From assembly GCA_049510745.1 (NCBI GenBank), contig JBEKYR010000003.1, forward strand, positions 96,001 through 160,000: DNA of 64,000 nucleotides, read 5' to 3'. The stretch comes from Verrucomicrobiota bacterium. GTDB lineage: Bacteria; Verrucomicrobiota; Verrucomicrobiia; Limisphaerales; Palsa-1400. The notes under the pieces are model-generated. The model saw nothing but the letters and a program-made list of their open reading frames with translations, did not search any database and had not been told where the DNA came from. Positions 41,001-49,816 of the stretch are shown in pieces. The stretch's first letter is position 1, and each line of letters begins with the position of its first letter. Both the position numbers and the translations under genes were made by a program.

Positions 41001-42113
41001 GTGACGGGCGGCATCATTTCAGAGGGTCCGGCGATCAATCACGCCTTGGCCCGCCTCGCAAAAACGGGCGCCGCCATCAATATCAATGTGAAGGGCGACC
41101 TGGATTTGTTCGCCTCGCAAATCAGTTCCTATTACGGCGGCGCCATCGACATCCATGCCGGGGGAACGATTAACGCGGGCCTCCAGAATCTGCCCTTCTC
41201 CAAGGCCTTTGTTCCGCACGGCATCTGGACTTCCGGCCACAGCGACGTGACCGTGATCGCGCAAGGAAACATTAACGTGGCCGGCGCCCGCATCGCCGCC
41301 TTCGACGGGGGCAACATCTTTGTCGAGTCGCTGACAGGCAACGTCGATGCGGGCAGCGGGAACTTCGCCCAGGTCGGGGTCAATGAAGTGATCGTCAATC
41401 CCAAGACCGGCGCGGTTTCCACCCTGCAGCAACCCATTGCCGGCAGCGGAATCCTGGCCACGACCCTGCCGAACGCTCCCCGCGGCATGGAGGTCGGCAA
41501 CATTACAGTGCTGACCCCGCAGGGCGACATTGATGCGAACCTCGGAGGCATCGCCCAGGAACCGTTGAATGGCAACAGTTCCCTCGCCCCCACCGTGACG
41601 CTCGTTGCCGGCACGAGAAACAGCGACGGCACCGTGGCGCATCCGGGCAACATCAATGCCAGCGACTCGGGCGTCATCGGCGTAAACACTATTTTAAACG
41701 CCGCCGGCAACATTTCCGGGTTGGTCATCGCGCAGGGAAATTCCACGATCAACGCCGCCGCCAACGTCAGCGGCACGTTCCTGGCCGGCGGCACCTCCAG
41801 TTTCAGCGCGGTCGGCACGATCACCGGGATCGCCATCGCCGGCAACGCCATCAGTGTTTCCAGCGGCAAGTTTGAGGGTGTCGCGCTCTCGCAAAATGTC
41901 TCGGGCGGGGGAGCGCAAACGGCTCTGCCCACCGCCGCCACCGCCACAGCCGCCAGTCAAACCGCCGCCGCCGAGACGACGGACTCCCAAAAGGCCAAAA
42001 CGTCGGACGCGCCGGTCTCCGCGGACGACGACCTGGCGAAGCGCGCGGGCCGGCAGCCATTGCTGGCCAAATACACCGGCCGGGTGACCGTCGTGCTGCC
42101 CACGCGCCAATAA
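38076..42113 (+). CDS. TpsA filamentous-haemagglutinin-family exoprotein (C-terminus DUF3739-like)
   Basis: Signal peptide; TPS domain INWATFNIGAGQ...PSQILGHLDANG...NQSG; G/N/T-rich beta-helix; GGNIFVESLTGNVDAG...GSGILA...PQGDIDA region. Confidence 0.88.
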   Translation: MKPKSSGAAAWLAAGMALLAPLFTAANPTQGVVTQGSAVITTQGPALKIQTSGNASINWATFNIGAGQSTVFVQPSASSVVWNHINDPNPSQILGHLDANGYVVLQNQSGFYVGGNAVINAAGLIMTTTPVVPPDISSGSAWQFNAPPPAARIINYGQISAGASGPVFLIAHDVENHGSITAPGGQIGLYAGKEVLVSSRPDGRGLSATVSLPEGSVNNSGSLIADAGTIALHAQVVNQGGLIQANSVREQNGVIEVVAGDSLTLGASSVIDAKGDSTGMSPGGNVTIQSGNQFSDTPTSTINVSGGVEGGNGGQVHISAIQMDAIQSQINGQAAAGWKGGNLLIDPVNITLSYTGASATSGTVNEGDSPNSLILNVNSFSSFSQILLQASQNITLNTTWNLADSANPASLTLQAGNNITLNQSIIAGQNWDVNLIAGADFKTPTSVVSGTGQVVLTKTAYVQTQNGTLDVTAGNSVSVGTGAIRTVGGGSVDVTAVSGNVNTGQNQNGYIFRNTGYTISGNLGGISTSAGGDVTITAGGNVTSFLPTATSSSPTDAGSGAFGPEPGVVTVTAGGNVYGNFVAANSERNGTVVASTITAQNGNAGAAGNLLALNLIIGGWQVNAPNGSIYLQEVRNPNGMFNGATGGTGAWKHFFDYDPNSFVDLDAGNAVFLEGTLLPRYTSDAVPVIYPPTLTINAGAGGVTLGNNLTLFPSASGELNITTTGGGSLEGGNFTLAMSDSSATSWTSAGNFATDHAAHPVQLNNPQPVVFNISGNLDDLTIITPKETQITVQGNMNNTSFSGQNLHAGDTTFINVAGKIFNQNVYSFVTLDAPLTLPPPLYPSSKPDYLQILENAVVPGSGPNSTAGGALFPTLSFFYLPATHQIGYYGQMDQATEQLLLGTLHEKTFYPNGKPILDANGNYVTKPVTFNVGASEITALYAASQSSAPPSSAPLGYLIGGPGQFDITAQSLDLGVTGGIISEGPAINHALARLAKTGAAININVKGDLDLFASQISSYYGGAIDIHAGGTINAGLQNLPFSKAFVPHGIWTSGHSDVTVIAQGNINVAGARIAAFDGGNIFVESLTGNVDAGSGNFAQVGVNEVIVNPKTGAVSTLQQPIAGSGILATTLPNAPRGMEVGNITVLTPQGDIDANLGGIAQEPLNGNSSLAPTVTLVAGTRNSDGTVAHPGNINASDSGVIGVNTILNAAGNISGLVIAQGNSTINAAANVSGTFLAGGTSSFSAVGTITGIAIAGNAISVSSGKFEGVALSQNVSGGGAQTALPTAATATAASQTAAAETTDSQKAKTSDAPVSADDDLAKRAGRQPLLAKYTGRVTVVLPTRQ

Positions 42114-42335
42114 ACGGTCTTCGACTATTTGAAAGACGCGACGGGTGTTGACCGCGGGGAGCGGGGGTATTTAATCTGGTTGAACGATGGCCCGGCCCAT
42201 TCGCATCCGATCATGCGGGAACGGTGACGGCGCTGTTCCGGCGTGGCAGGTTACGAGGCAGAAGGGCGGAGCGCGCAGCGTGCCCGATGCGAGTTTAATG
42301 CCCGGCGTTGAAGCCGGCTGGTCCCGTCAATTTTC

Positions 42336-44729
42336 ATGAAGCACCCTTTCCATCTCCTGTCTCTTTGTGCCCTCGGCGCGCTGTGCGCGGGCGACTTGGT
42401 GGCCGGCCAAGTGCCGCCCCTGCCCGAAGAACCCAGTCGGCGCCTCGCGCCTCAGGAGACGCCAATCTCGGCGGACGAGATACTGCGCCGAGCCTTGGAC
42501 GCCCGCGGCGGGGAGACTGCCGCCGCGCGCATTCAGTCCTTCCACTGCAAGGGCACTGTGGATGTCGCCCAGGGTGTGCGGGGTGACTTTGAATTCTTCG
42601 CCGCCCGGCCCAATCAGGCGCGCGCGATTTACGACTTCGGGGCCGGCAACCGATTCGAAATCGCCTTCGATGGCCAGACGGCTTGGGAAGCCCAACCGGG
42701 GAGCGCCCCGGAAGCGCAAAGCGGCGAGAAGCTGCGGGAAAGCCGGGACGGGGCGGCGTGGTTCGCATCCTCTTATGATGACCCGCGCGCTTACCGCTCG
42801 GTGGCGTACGCCGGGGAAACCTTGTTCGAAGGCGCGAGATGCTACGAGTTGAAGCTGATCACCAAGTCGGACCGCGAAGAGACGCATTACTATAACGCGA
42901 GTAATTATCTCCTGGCCGGCGTGTTGAAGAGGGTCACTGTCGAGACTAAACCGACTTGGCTCATATTGAGCTTTCTGGAATACCGGAAGTTTGCCGGCTT
43001 CCGGTTCCCGACGCGCTTCCGCTACCGTATGGAAGAATCTGAGTGGGTGATCCGTGTGAACTCGGTCCAGGTGAATTGCGTAAACGGCGCAGCGTTCAAA
43101 ATGCCCGCGGCCGCCAAGGCGGATTCCAAAGCCGCCGAGCCGTCCGCCGCGCTGTCCGATGCCGAGATCAAAACCATCCTTCAAGACCGCATCGATGCCG
43201 ACAAGCTCGGCGTCGGCTTGGTGGCCGGGCTGGTCGATGCCCAGGGAAGCCGGGTCATCAGTTGTGGCAAGTTGGATAACGGGAACAGCCCGGAAGTGAA
43301 CGGGGACACGCTCTTCGAGATCGGCTCGATTACCAAGGTGTTTACCCGCCTGCTGCTCCATGACATGGTCGCGCGCGGAGAGATGAACCTGGACGATCCG
43401 GTGCAAAAGTACCTGCCGGCCTCCGCGCGGATGCCCACCCGCCACGGCAAGCAGATTACCTTGTGGGACCTGACCACGCACACCTCGGGGCTGCCACGCG
43501 ACATGGACGGCCCCTGTACCGTCGAGCATCTCTACGCCTTCCTCGCGAGTCACAAACTCCGCCGCGATCCCGGCGAGGAGTTCGAGTATTCCAACGTCGG
43601 CATGGCGCTGCTGGGCCACGTGATTGCCTTAAAAGCGGGCCAGGATTATGAGACGCTGGTCCGCGAGCGGATTTGCCGTCCGCTGAAGATGGACAGCACG
43701 GCCATCACTCTGACGCCCGAACTCCAGGCGCGCCGGGCCGTCGGCCATGCCCCCGCCAGCCAGCCCGCGGACTACATCGGCCTCCAGGCCCTTCCTGGCG
43801 CCGGCGCCTTGTTCTCGACGGCCAATGACATGCTCAAGTTCGCTTCCGCCAGACTGGGCTTGACCCCATTTGCGCTCACGCCGCTGATGAAGAAGACCAA
43901 CGGCGGCCATGACGGCGGCACCTTCGGATTCAGCACGATGCTCGCCTTTGATCAAAAACAGAGCCGCGCCCTGGTGGTGCTGTCCAATTGCCGGGAGGAT
44001 AGTCTGATGGACCACCTCAGGTCCCTGCTGAAAAACCAGTCTCCCAAGCCGCCCCGAACCGCGCCGGTTGGCGCCAAGGTCTGTGACCAATACCTCGGCC
44101 AATACTATTCCGATCACCGCGTCTGGACCGTGCGCCGCGAGGGCGGCCGCTTGCTGTTGCAAGAATGGGGGAAACCGGGCTGCGAGCTGTTCCCGCAATC
44201 GGAAACCAACTTCTACAATCAATTGTTTGACTGCCGGGCCGCGTTCGTCCGCGACGACAGCACCGGCCGGGCCAGGGAGCTGATCATCGGCGGCTGGCGC
44301 GGCGCGAAAATCCCCGGCCAGATTCTCCAACCGTCCGCTTCCCCCTTGGCCGAAGGCGATTGTCCGCCGCGCGAGGATTCCGACCTGCAAGGCGTTTGGA
44401 AGGCGACGTTGCGGCCCTGGTACTGGCCGTTCTTCACGGCGCATCTTACGGTCAGGATTGCCGAGCCGTCGCCGGGCGCATTCCGGGCGGAAGCGGACAG
44501 CCCCGACCAGGGCGCAACGGGTATAACGCTGGGCGTAATCTACGACCGTCCCACCGTGGAGGTGTTGGCCCCTTCAGTTGACAGCTCATTCCAAGGGAGG
44601 GTAAATCCGGCCCACACCAAAGTGACGGGGCACTGGAAGCAAGACGGTCATTCAATCCGCGTGACCTTTCGGCGCGCGAGGCCAACGCCGGACCCGCGCC
44701 AGACGCATCCCCCCAAGCGGGCGCGGTGA
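42336..44729 (+). CDS. Multidomain serine hydrolase (class C beta-lactamase/PBP fold) with N- and C-terminal accessory domains
   Basis: FEIGSITK (SxxK), LTTHTSGLP, YSN, GHDGG; signal peptide. Confidence 0.85.
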   Translation: MKHPFHLLSLCALGALCAGDLVAGQVPPLPEEPSRRLAPQETPISADEILRRALDARGGETAAARIQSFHCKGTVDVAQGVRGDFEFFAARPNQARAIYDFGAGNRFEIAFDGQTAWEAQPGSAPEAQSGEKLRESRDGAAWFASSYDDPRAYRSVAYAGETLFEGARCYELKLITKSDREETHYYNASNYLLAGVLKRVTVETKPTWLILSFLEYRKFAGFRFPTRFRYRMEESEWVIRVNSVQVNCVNGAAFKMPAAAKADSKAAEPSAALSDAEIKTILQDRIDADKLGVGLVAGLVDAQGSRVISCGKLDNGNSPEVNGDTLFEIGSITKVFTRLLLHDMVARGEMNLDDPVQKYLPASARMPTRHGKQITLWDLTTHTSGLPRDMDGPCTVEHLYAFLASHKLRRDPGEEFEYSNVGMALLGHVIALKAGQDYETLVRERICRPLKMDSTAITLTPELQARRAVGHAPASQPADYIGLQALPGAGALFSTANDMLKFASARLGLTPFALTPLMKKTNGGHDGGTFGFSTMLAFDQKQSRALVVLSNCREDSLMDHLRSLLKNQSPKPPRTAPVGAKVCDQYLGQYYSDHRVWTVRREGGRLLLQEWGKPGCELFPQSETNFYNQLFDCRAAFVRDDSTGRARELIIGGWRGAKIPGQILQPSASPLAEGDCPPREDSDLQGVWKATLRPWYWPFFTAHLTVRIAEPSPGAFRAEADSPDQGATGITLGVIYDRPTVEVLAPSVDSSFQGRVNPAHTKVTGHWKQDGHSIRVTFRRARPTPDPRQTHPPKRAR

Positions 44730-44756
44730 ATCGGCCAGGGGCGCGGGCAGCGGGCT

Positions 44757-45833
44757 TTAACCGGTTGGGTCGTGCGCCTGATACCAGTTGCGGGAGGAGT
44801 TGCACATTTTGCAGACCGAAAGCATCACGGGCACCTCCACCAGCACGCCAACCACGCAGGCAAGAGCCGCGCCGGAGCTTGGACCAAAGAGCGTGATGGC
44901 CACGGCGACTGCCAGCTCGAAAAAGTTGCTCGCGCCGATCAGGGCGCCGGGCGCGGCGACGTCGTGCCGCACTTTGAACCAGCGCATCAAAAGGTAGGTG
45001 AGGCTGGAATTGAAATAGACCTGAATCGAGATCGGGATGGCCAGCAGAATGACCGCGAACCATTTCGTCGTCAGGTTTTCGGCTTGGAACGCGAAGATGA
45101 GGGCCAGCGTCAGGAGCAGCGCCCCAATCATGAGCGGATGAAATCTCGGCAGGAATTCCCTCTCAAACCATTCCTTGCCATGCGATTTGAGCAACAGCGT
45201 GCGCGTCAGCCAGCCCGCCGTCAACGGAATGACGATGAACACCACCACTGAAGTGATCAGCACCTTCGGTGGAACAATCACCTTCGCCACGCCGCACAGG
45301 AACATGACGATGGGCGCAAATGCGACGAGCATTATCAGGTCGTTCACCGCCACCTGCACCAGCGTGTAGGCGGGGTCGCCGTCGGTCAGGTAGGACCAGA
45401 CAAACACCATCGCCGTGCAGGGCGCCGCCGCGAGGATGATGAGGCCGGCGGTGTAGTTCCTCGCCGTCTCCGGATCAACCCACGCCGCGAAGACATGCCG
45501 CATAAACACCCACGCCAGCAGCGCCATGCTGAACGGTTTGACCAGCCAATTGACGAACAAGGTCACCATCAGTCCCTTGGGCCTCTTGGCTATGCCGCCG
45601 AGGGCGCTGAAATCCACTTTGAGCATCATCGGATAAATCATCAGCCACAGTAACACCCCAATCGGCACGTTGACTTGTGAGCCTTGGCCAAACTCCAGTT
45701 TGCTCAGGCTGGACGTGACGCCGGGCAGCCATTTGCCGAAGGCGACGCCCACGGCCATGCAGACCAGCACCCACACGGTGAGGTAGCGCTCGAAGAAAGC
45801 CAGACGTTTGGGGGCGGCAGTGGGTGTGGACAT
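44757..45833 (-). CDS. acr3: ACR3-family arsenite efflux pump
   Basis: FFERYLTVWV, MIYPMM, NWLVKPF, APCTAMVFVW, ASNFFELAVAVA, GVLVEVPVML. Confidence 0.96.
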   Translation of the reverse strand: MSTPTAAPKRLAFFERYLTVWVLVCMAVGVAFGKWLPGVTSSLSKLEFGQGSQVNVPIGVLLWLMIYPMMLKVDFSALGGIAKRPKGLMVTLFVNWLVKPFSMALLAWVFMRHVFAAWVDPETARNYTAGLIILAAAPCTAMVFVWSYLTDGDPAYTLVQVAVNDLIMLVAFAPIVMFLCGVAKVIVPPKVLITSVVVFIVIPLTAGWLTRTLLLKSHGKEWFEREFLPRFHPLMIGALLLTLALIFAFQAENLTTKWFAVILLAIPISIQVYFNSSLTYLLMRWFKVRHDVAAPGALIGASNFFELAVAVAITLFGPSSGAALACVVGVLVEVPVMLSVCKMCNSSRNWYQAHDPTG

Positions 45834-45930
45834 GGTTCGGTTCTTTGTTGCGGTTCAACTGGCCGGGTGGCCGTCGCGCCGCCCAAAAACCAATAAGCGG
45901 TTCGTGCAAGGGCGCGCTGGGCAGTCATTC

Positions 45931-46383
45931 CTAATCTTGATCTTGACAAGCCGCCTGGCTGCACACTTCGCGGCACCATTGTTCGATTCTTTCCTTGATG
46001 GCATCGCGGACTTGGCGGGTCTCGCTGAGAATCTGTTCGTGCGTGCCCCGGAAGCTCGACGGGTCGGCAAAACTCCAGCGCAGGCGCGTGGTGACGCCGG
46101 GGAAAATCGGGCAGCGTTCCGTGCTCGCCGCGTCGCAAACCGAAATGACGTGCGAAAACAGTTTGCCCGATTTGAACATATCGAAAACCGACTTGGTCCG
46201 GTTGCCCGAAATATCCATTCCAATCTCGCGCATCACCTCAACAGCAACGGGGTTGAGTTTGCCGGGTTCGAGGCCCGCGCTGTGAACCTCGAATTGCTCC
46301 CCGCACATTTGAGTGAGAAAAGCCTCAGCCATTTGGCTGCGGGCGCTGTTGTGGATGCAAATGAAGAGGACTTTCTTTTTCAT
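45931..46383 (-). CDS. arsC: Arsenate reductase, LMW-PTP fold (thioredoxin-coupled type)
   Basis: VLFICIHNSARSQMAE (CX5R), VCD...CPIFPG resolving cysteines, W-F-DP. Confidence 0.93.
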   Translation of the reverse strand: MKKKVLFICIHNSARSQMAEAFLTQMCGEQFEVHSAGLEPGKLNPVAVEVMREIGMDISGNRTKSVFDMFKSGKLFSHVISVCDAASTERCPIFPGVTTRLRWSFADPSSFRGTHEQILSETRQVRDAIKERIEQWCREVCSQAACQDQD

Positions 46384-46412
46384 AGGCTGGCTGCCGGCTT
46401 CAGTGACCCGCG

Positions 46413-46793
46413 TCAGGTTTCCGTGCCTTTCGATTTGCCGCCGGCCTGGGTGGCGTGCTCAACCCAGGCGCATTCGCACCGCATCTTTTTGAGCCGCCTT
46501 AAATCCTGGCGGAAGATGGGATGGGATTGCACGCAGTCCTGCAAACAGCGCAATTGCAAGTCAAGTTCCTCGGGCGCCGGTTCCGCAAGCCGGTAGATCA
46601 TCCATTTTCCGTGGCGTCGCGCCGCCACAATGCCTTTGGCCCGCAAGTAAGCCAGGTGTTTGGAAACGGCAACCTGGGGCAATTCCAGAATATCCTGGAA
46701 ATGGCAGACGCAAAGCGGGCCTTGAGTCAATAGATGGAGTATGCGAAGGCGGGTCTCATCGCAGAGGCAGCGGTAAATTTGCAGGAGCTTCAT
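46413..46793 (-). CDS. arsR: ArsR/SmtB metalloregulator
   Basis: DETRLRIL, LCVCH As-binding box, VSKHLAYLR. Confidence 0.92.
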   Translation of the reverse strand: MKLLQIYRCLCDETRLRILHLLTQGPLCVCHFQDILELPQVAVSKHLAYLRAKGIVAARRHGKWMIYRLAEPAPEELDLQLRCLQDCVQSHPIFRQDLRRLKKMRCECAWVEHATQAGGKSKGTET

Positions 46794-46803
46794 AAACGCA
46801 TTA

Positions 46804-46834
46804 AACATATACCGTATAGGGTATATGTTGTCAA
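46804..46834 (-). promoter_or_regulatory. Probable ArsR operator overlapping the ars promoter
   Basis: Perfect inverted repeat AACATATACC-N6-GGTATATGTT (46804-46829) abutting TTGACA on the minus strand (46829-46834), 10 bp from the arsR start. Confidence 0.75.
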
Positions 46835-47087
46835 CCGTCCCGATGTTGCGCAACCGGGATTATTCCGGCTCGATCCAAGTTACGTCTTTGCAACAAGTCT
46901 TCGGGAAAGCAGCCACGCCTGCTTCTCTTCATCCCTAACAGTTTGGCGCCGAGCCTCTTGCGAAGATTTTGCGCGCGTCTTAAACCAGCGTAAGCGTGTC
47001 CGAAAACAGGATGCGCGGCTTCCCGCTGCCCTGCTAGATTCACGGTCTCTAACGACAGAGAACAAAATCGAAACCGAAAACTGAAAT

Positions 47088-48275
47088 ATGAAATCAATCA
47101 AAACATTGATGGCGGGCTTGCTCGCCTTGTCCGCCGCCAGCATCGCCGACGCTCAAACCGTGGTTCACATCACCGGCTCCACCGCGTTCCGCGCCGCGAC
47201 CGTCACCGCCATTACTCACATTCTCCAGCCGGGCTTCACCTACGGCTATGCGGGCAGTTCTTTCACGGGGGCCAACCAGGCGATATTCACCGGCCATACC
47301 ATCACCAACAACATTTCCGTCATTATCAAGACTTCTTGGTCCGGTTCCGTCGGCGGGGTGCAAACCGTGTCGCAACAACTGCCCGTTTCCACCTGGCTGA
47401 CCAACACCACGCCGCAAAGCACTGGCGGAACCTCCGGCGCTCCGGCCGTCTATGATCCGCCCGCGGTCCCTGAAGTTTGCATGTCGGACGTATATCAATC
47501 CTCCACGCCCTATGCCACTCCGGCCCTCACCGAATCCATCGTCGGCATCGTGCCCTTCGAGTTTGTGCGCAACAATGGCGCCCCGGCCACGCTGACCAAC
47601 CTGACGCCCAACCTCGCGCAGGCTATGTGGCTTAACGGGAGTCTTCCCCTGGCCCTTTTCACCGGATCGCCCAGTGATGAGGGGACGAGGGTTTTTGCCA
47701 CGGGCCGCGACGCCGATTCCGGCACCCGTATGACCGCGTTCGCCGAGACCGGCGTGGGAGTTTTCACCGCGGTCGAGCAGTACGTTCCCACCAATAGTTC
47801 GGGCGCAATTATCTCCCGGACGGCCGCCGGCCCCGTCGCCGGCCAAAAGTTCTATCCCGCCGAGACGATCAACGGCATCTTCTATGATGTCGGACAAGGA
47901 GGCTACTCCAGCGGCGGCGACCTTGCGGTGGCGATGGAACAAACCACCGGCGCGGCCCTAGGCGGCTACTACGTGACCTATTTGGGCCTTTCCGACGCCA
48001 ACACAGCGATCAGCGGCGGCGCGGCGCCGATTATGTGGAACGGAGTCGCGTACAGCCCAACGGCTGTTGAGGAAGGCCAGTACACTTTCTGGGGCTATGA
48101 GCATTTGGATTACCGGAGCAACTACGGCACGCTCGATGCCAATGGCCAGGCTGTGGCGGATCAACTCGCCGGCCAAATCCTGGGCACGGATGCCGTCGCG
48201 TCGTCCGGCCTGCTCCTCTCCTCCATGCGCGTCAGCCGGCCAACGGACGGCGGACTTGTCACACCCAATTACTGA
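47088..48275 (+). CDS. Exported PstS/DING-like substrate-binding-fold protein
   Basis: Signal peptide; ITGSTAFR, SGSVGG, MSDV, GRDADSGTR, GQYTFWGYE correspond to PstS-fold segments (GST, GS-GG, R-D-SGT, G-Y). Confidence 0.6.
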   Translation: MKSIKTLMAGLLALSAASIADAQTVVHITGSTAFRAATVTAITHILQPGFTYGYAGSSFTGANQAIFTGHTITNNISVIIKTSWSGSVGGVQTVSQQLPVSTWLTNTTPQSTGGTSGAPAVYDPPAVPEVCMSDVYQSSTPYATPALTESIVGIVPFEFVRNNGAPATLTNLTPNLAQAMWLNGSLPLALFTGSPSDEGTRVFATGRDADSGTRMTAFAETGVGVFTAVEQYVPTNSSGAIISRTAAGPVAGQKFYPAETINGIFYDVGQGGYSSGGDLAVAMEQTTGAALGGYYVTYLGLSDANTAISGGAAPIMWNGVAYSPTAVEEGQYTFWGYEHLDYRSNYGTLDANGQAVADQLAGQILGTDAVASSGLLLSSMRVSRPTDGGLVTPNY

Positions 48276-48333
48276 GCGTTACCGGAGGATGATGTGATTT
48301 ACACCAGATTATTCTCAAGAACTCTTCAAAATT

Positions 48334-49347
48334 ATGAAATTGAATTTTCATCGAATGTCAGTCTTTCTGTGGTCCGTGGCCGGTTCGCTTGGACTCCTTC
48401 AGAGCGTCCAGGCCAACACGCCCATCTTCGTTTACACTAATCGCGACGTGATGGTGACGTTTCGCAAAACGGGCGCGGACGGCGGTACGACCGCCCCGAA
48501 TGACCTGGAGGTCAACATCGGACAGGTCTCGACCTACTACAGCGCGACGCCCGGAAGCAGGATCACCATCAGCCAATTCAGCACGTCCCAAATCGCGGCC
48601 ACCTTTGACAGCCTGAACGACCTGTCCTGGTCTGTGGCCGCCTTTGTTCCAGGCACCGGGGACAACGGCGATCCGACCGTTCCGGTCAAGACGTTGTGGG
48701 CGACCGCGCCGCGGCTTGACCCGTCAACTCCGGCTGCGTCGTGGGTGCGCAAAAGTTCAAGCGCCCAGGGCGCCACGGCTGGCGAAATGAATTCCGTCCT
48801 GCAGAACGCCTCCTTCTACAGCGGCACCATCGCCGCCGACCCCGTCAACAACACCGCCAGCGAGGTGGTTGTTCCTGTCGGCAGCGGCCATGAAGCCGGC
48901 GCCTTCCTGGCAACGTTGGGAAACTACAAGAACACGTTCCAGGGAGACGTCGAGAACACCACGCCGCCCACCTTCACCACCGACGGCGTGTCCTCGCGCT
49001 CGGATTTCTACCAACTTTATCCCGACAACACCGGCACCCAGCCGGCCGGCGCGTATCTGGGATATTTTGAGTTGGAAACCAACGGAGTGCTGGTGTTCGT
49101 GGCGGGCGCCCCCACCTTTCCGGCGCCGACGCTGACCGCAAGCGTCAGCGGCAATGTCAGCACGATCTCGTTTCCGACCGTCACCGGCGGCACTTACACG
49201 CTCTATTACACAAATGAGGTGGGCCTGACCGCGCCGGTCTCGACTTGGCCGTCGGTCTCCACCAATATCAGCGGCAATGGGTCCGTCCAGTCGTTCCAGC
49301 AAACCTCGACCGACCCGATCCGTTTTTATACGGTGGGGGTCCATTGA
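48334..49347 (+). CDS. Secreted protein with C-terminal 'FY' beta domain
   Basis: Signal peptide; S/T/G-rich body ending SDFYQLYP...YLGYFEL; C-terminal ~70-aa domain ending RFYTVGVH. Confidence 0.8.
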   Translation: MKLNFHRMSVFLWSVAGSLGLLQSVQANTPIFVYTNRDVMVTFRKTGADGGTTAPNDLEVNIGQVSTYYSATPGSRITISQFSTSQIAATFDSLNDLSWSVAAFVPGTGDNGDPTVPVKTLWATAPRLDPSTPAASWVRKSSSAQGATAGEMNSVLQNASFYSGTIAADPVNNTASEVVVPVGSGHEAGAFLATLGNYKNTFQGDVENTTPPTFTTDGVSSRSDFYQLYPDNTGTQPAGAYLGYFELETNGVLVFVAGAPTFPAPTLTASVSGNVSTISFPTVTGGTYTLYYTNEVGLTAPVSTWPSVSTNISGNGSVQSFQQTSTDPIRFYTVGVH

Positions 49348-49398
49348 TGCCGCGGGTCGAAGAATCGCAACCCAACATTCGGGTCTAACGCCAGCCAG

Positions 49399-49450
49399 CG
49401 GGGCGAGCCTGAGGAGGTCGAAGGGACCCAAGGCTCGCCCCGGTTTTTTT
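49399..49450 (+). terminator. Rho-independent terminator
   Basis: 12-bp stem CGGGGCGAGCCT / AGGCTCGCCCCG followed by GTTTTTTT. Confidence 0.7.
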
Positions 49451-49457
49451 CGCCGGA

Positions 49458-49493
49458 GAGATTGGATTCCACCTCGAGATTGGATTCCACCTC
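49458..49493. repeat. 18-bp exact tandem duplication
   Basis: gagattggattccacctc x2. Confidence 0.9.
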
Positions 49494-49577
49494 GAATTTG
49501 AGAGGAGGCTCGTGACAGGGCCGTCTCCTGGTATTCCCTCCAGCGGATCCCTCTAAAACTAAGTGATGCTAATGCAG

Positions 49578-49606
49578 TTGCGCACATGATGTATTATAGT
49601 TAGAAT
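49578..49606 (+). promoter_or_regulatory. Sigma70-like promoter
   Basis: TTGCGC-N17-TAGAAT in an AT-rich stretch upstream of the fibre gene. Confidence 0.5.
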
Positions 49607-49816
49607 ACCTTATACTTTGATCCATTTTGCCTTTTAAGTTGCAGCAGAACCGGGCTTTGTATATAAAATGCTTTCCGCCTGAACTTTGCCAAGCGAATCT
49701 GCCCGCTCTGACTCGTCCAGACAATTCATTGAGTCCATTTTAAGCGCCGTTCCGTTCATGTTTAATTGAATTTGACTGAAAAGAAGTCTGAGAAAAATCA
49801 AACCGATCCGATTATT

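Noticed and set aside
49458..49493. 18-bp tandem duplication as a target-site duplication or regulatory site
   Set aside because: Copies are directly adjacent with no intervening element; most simply slippage, though an excision footprint is not excluded
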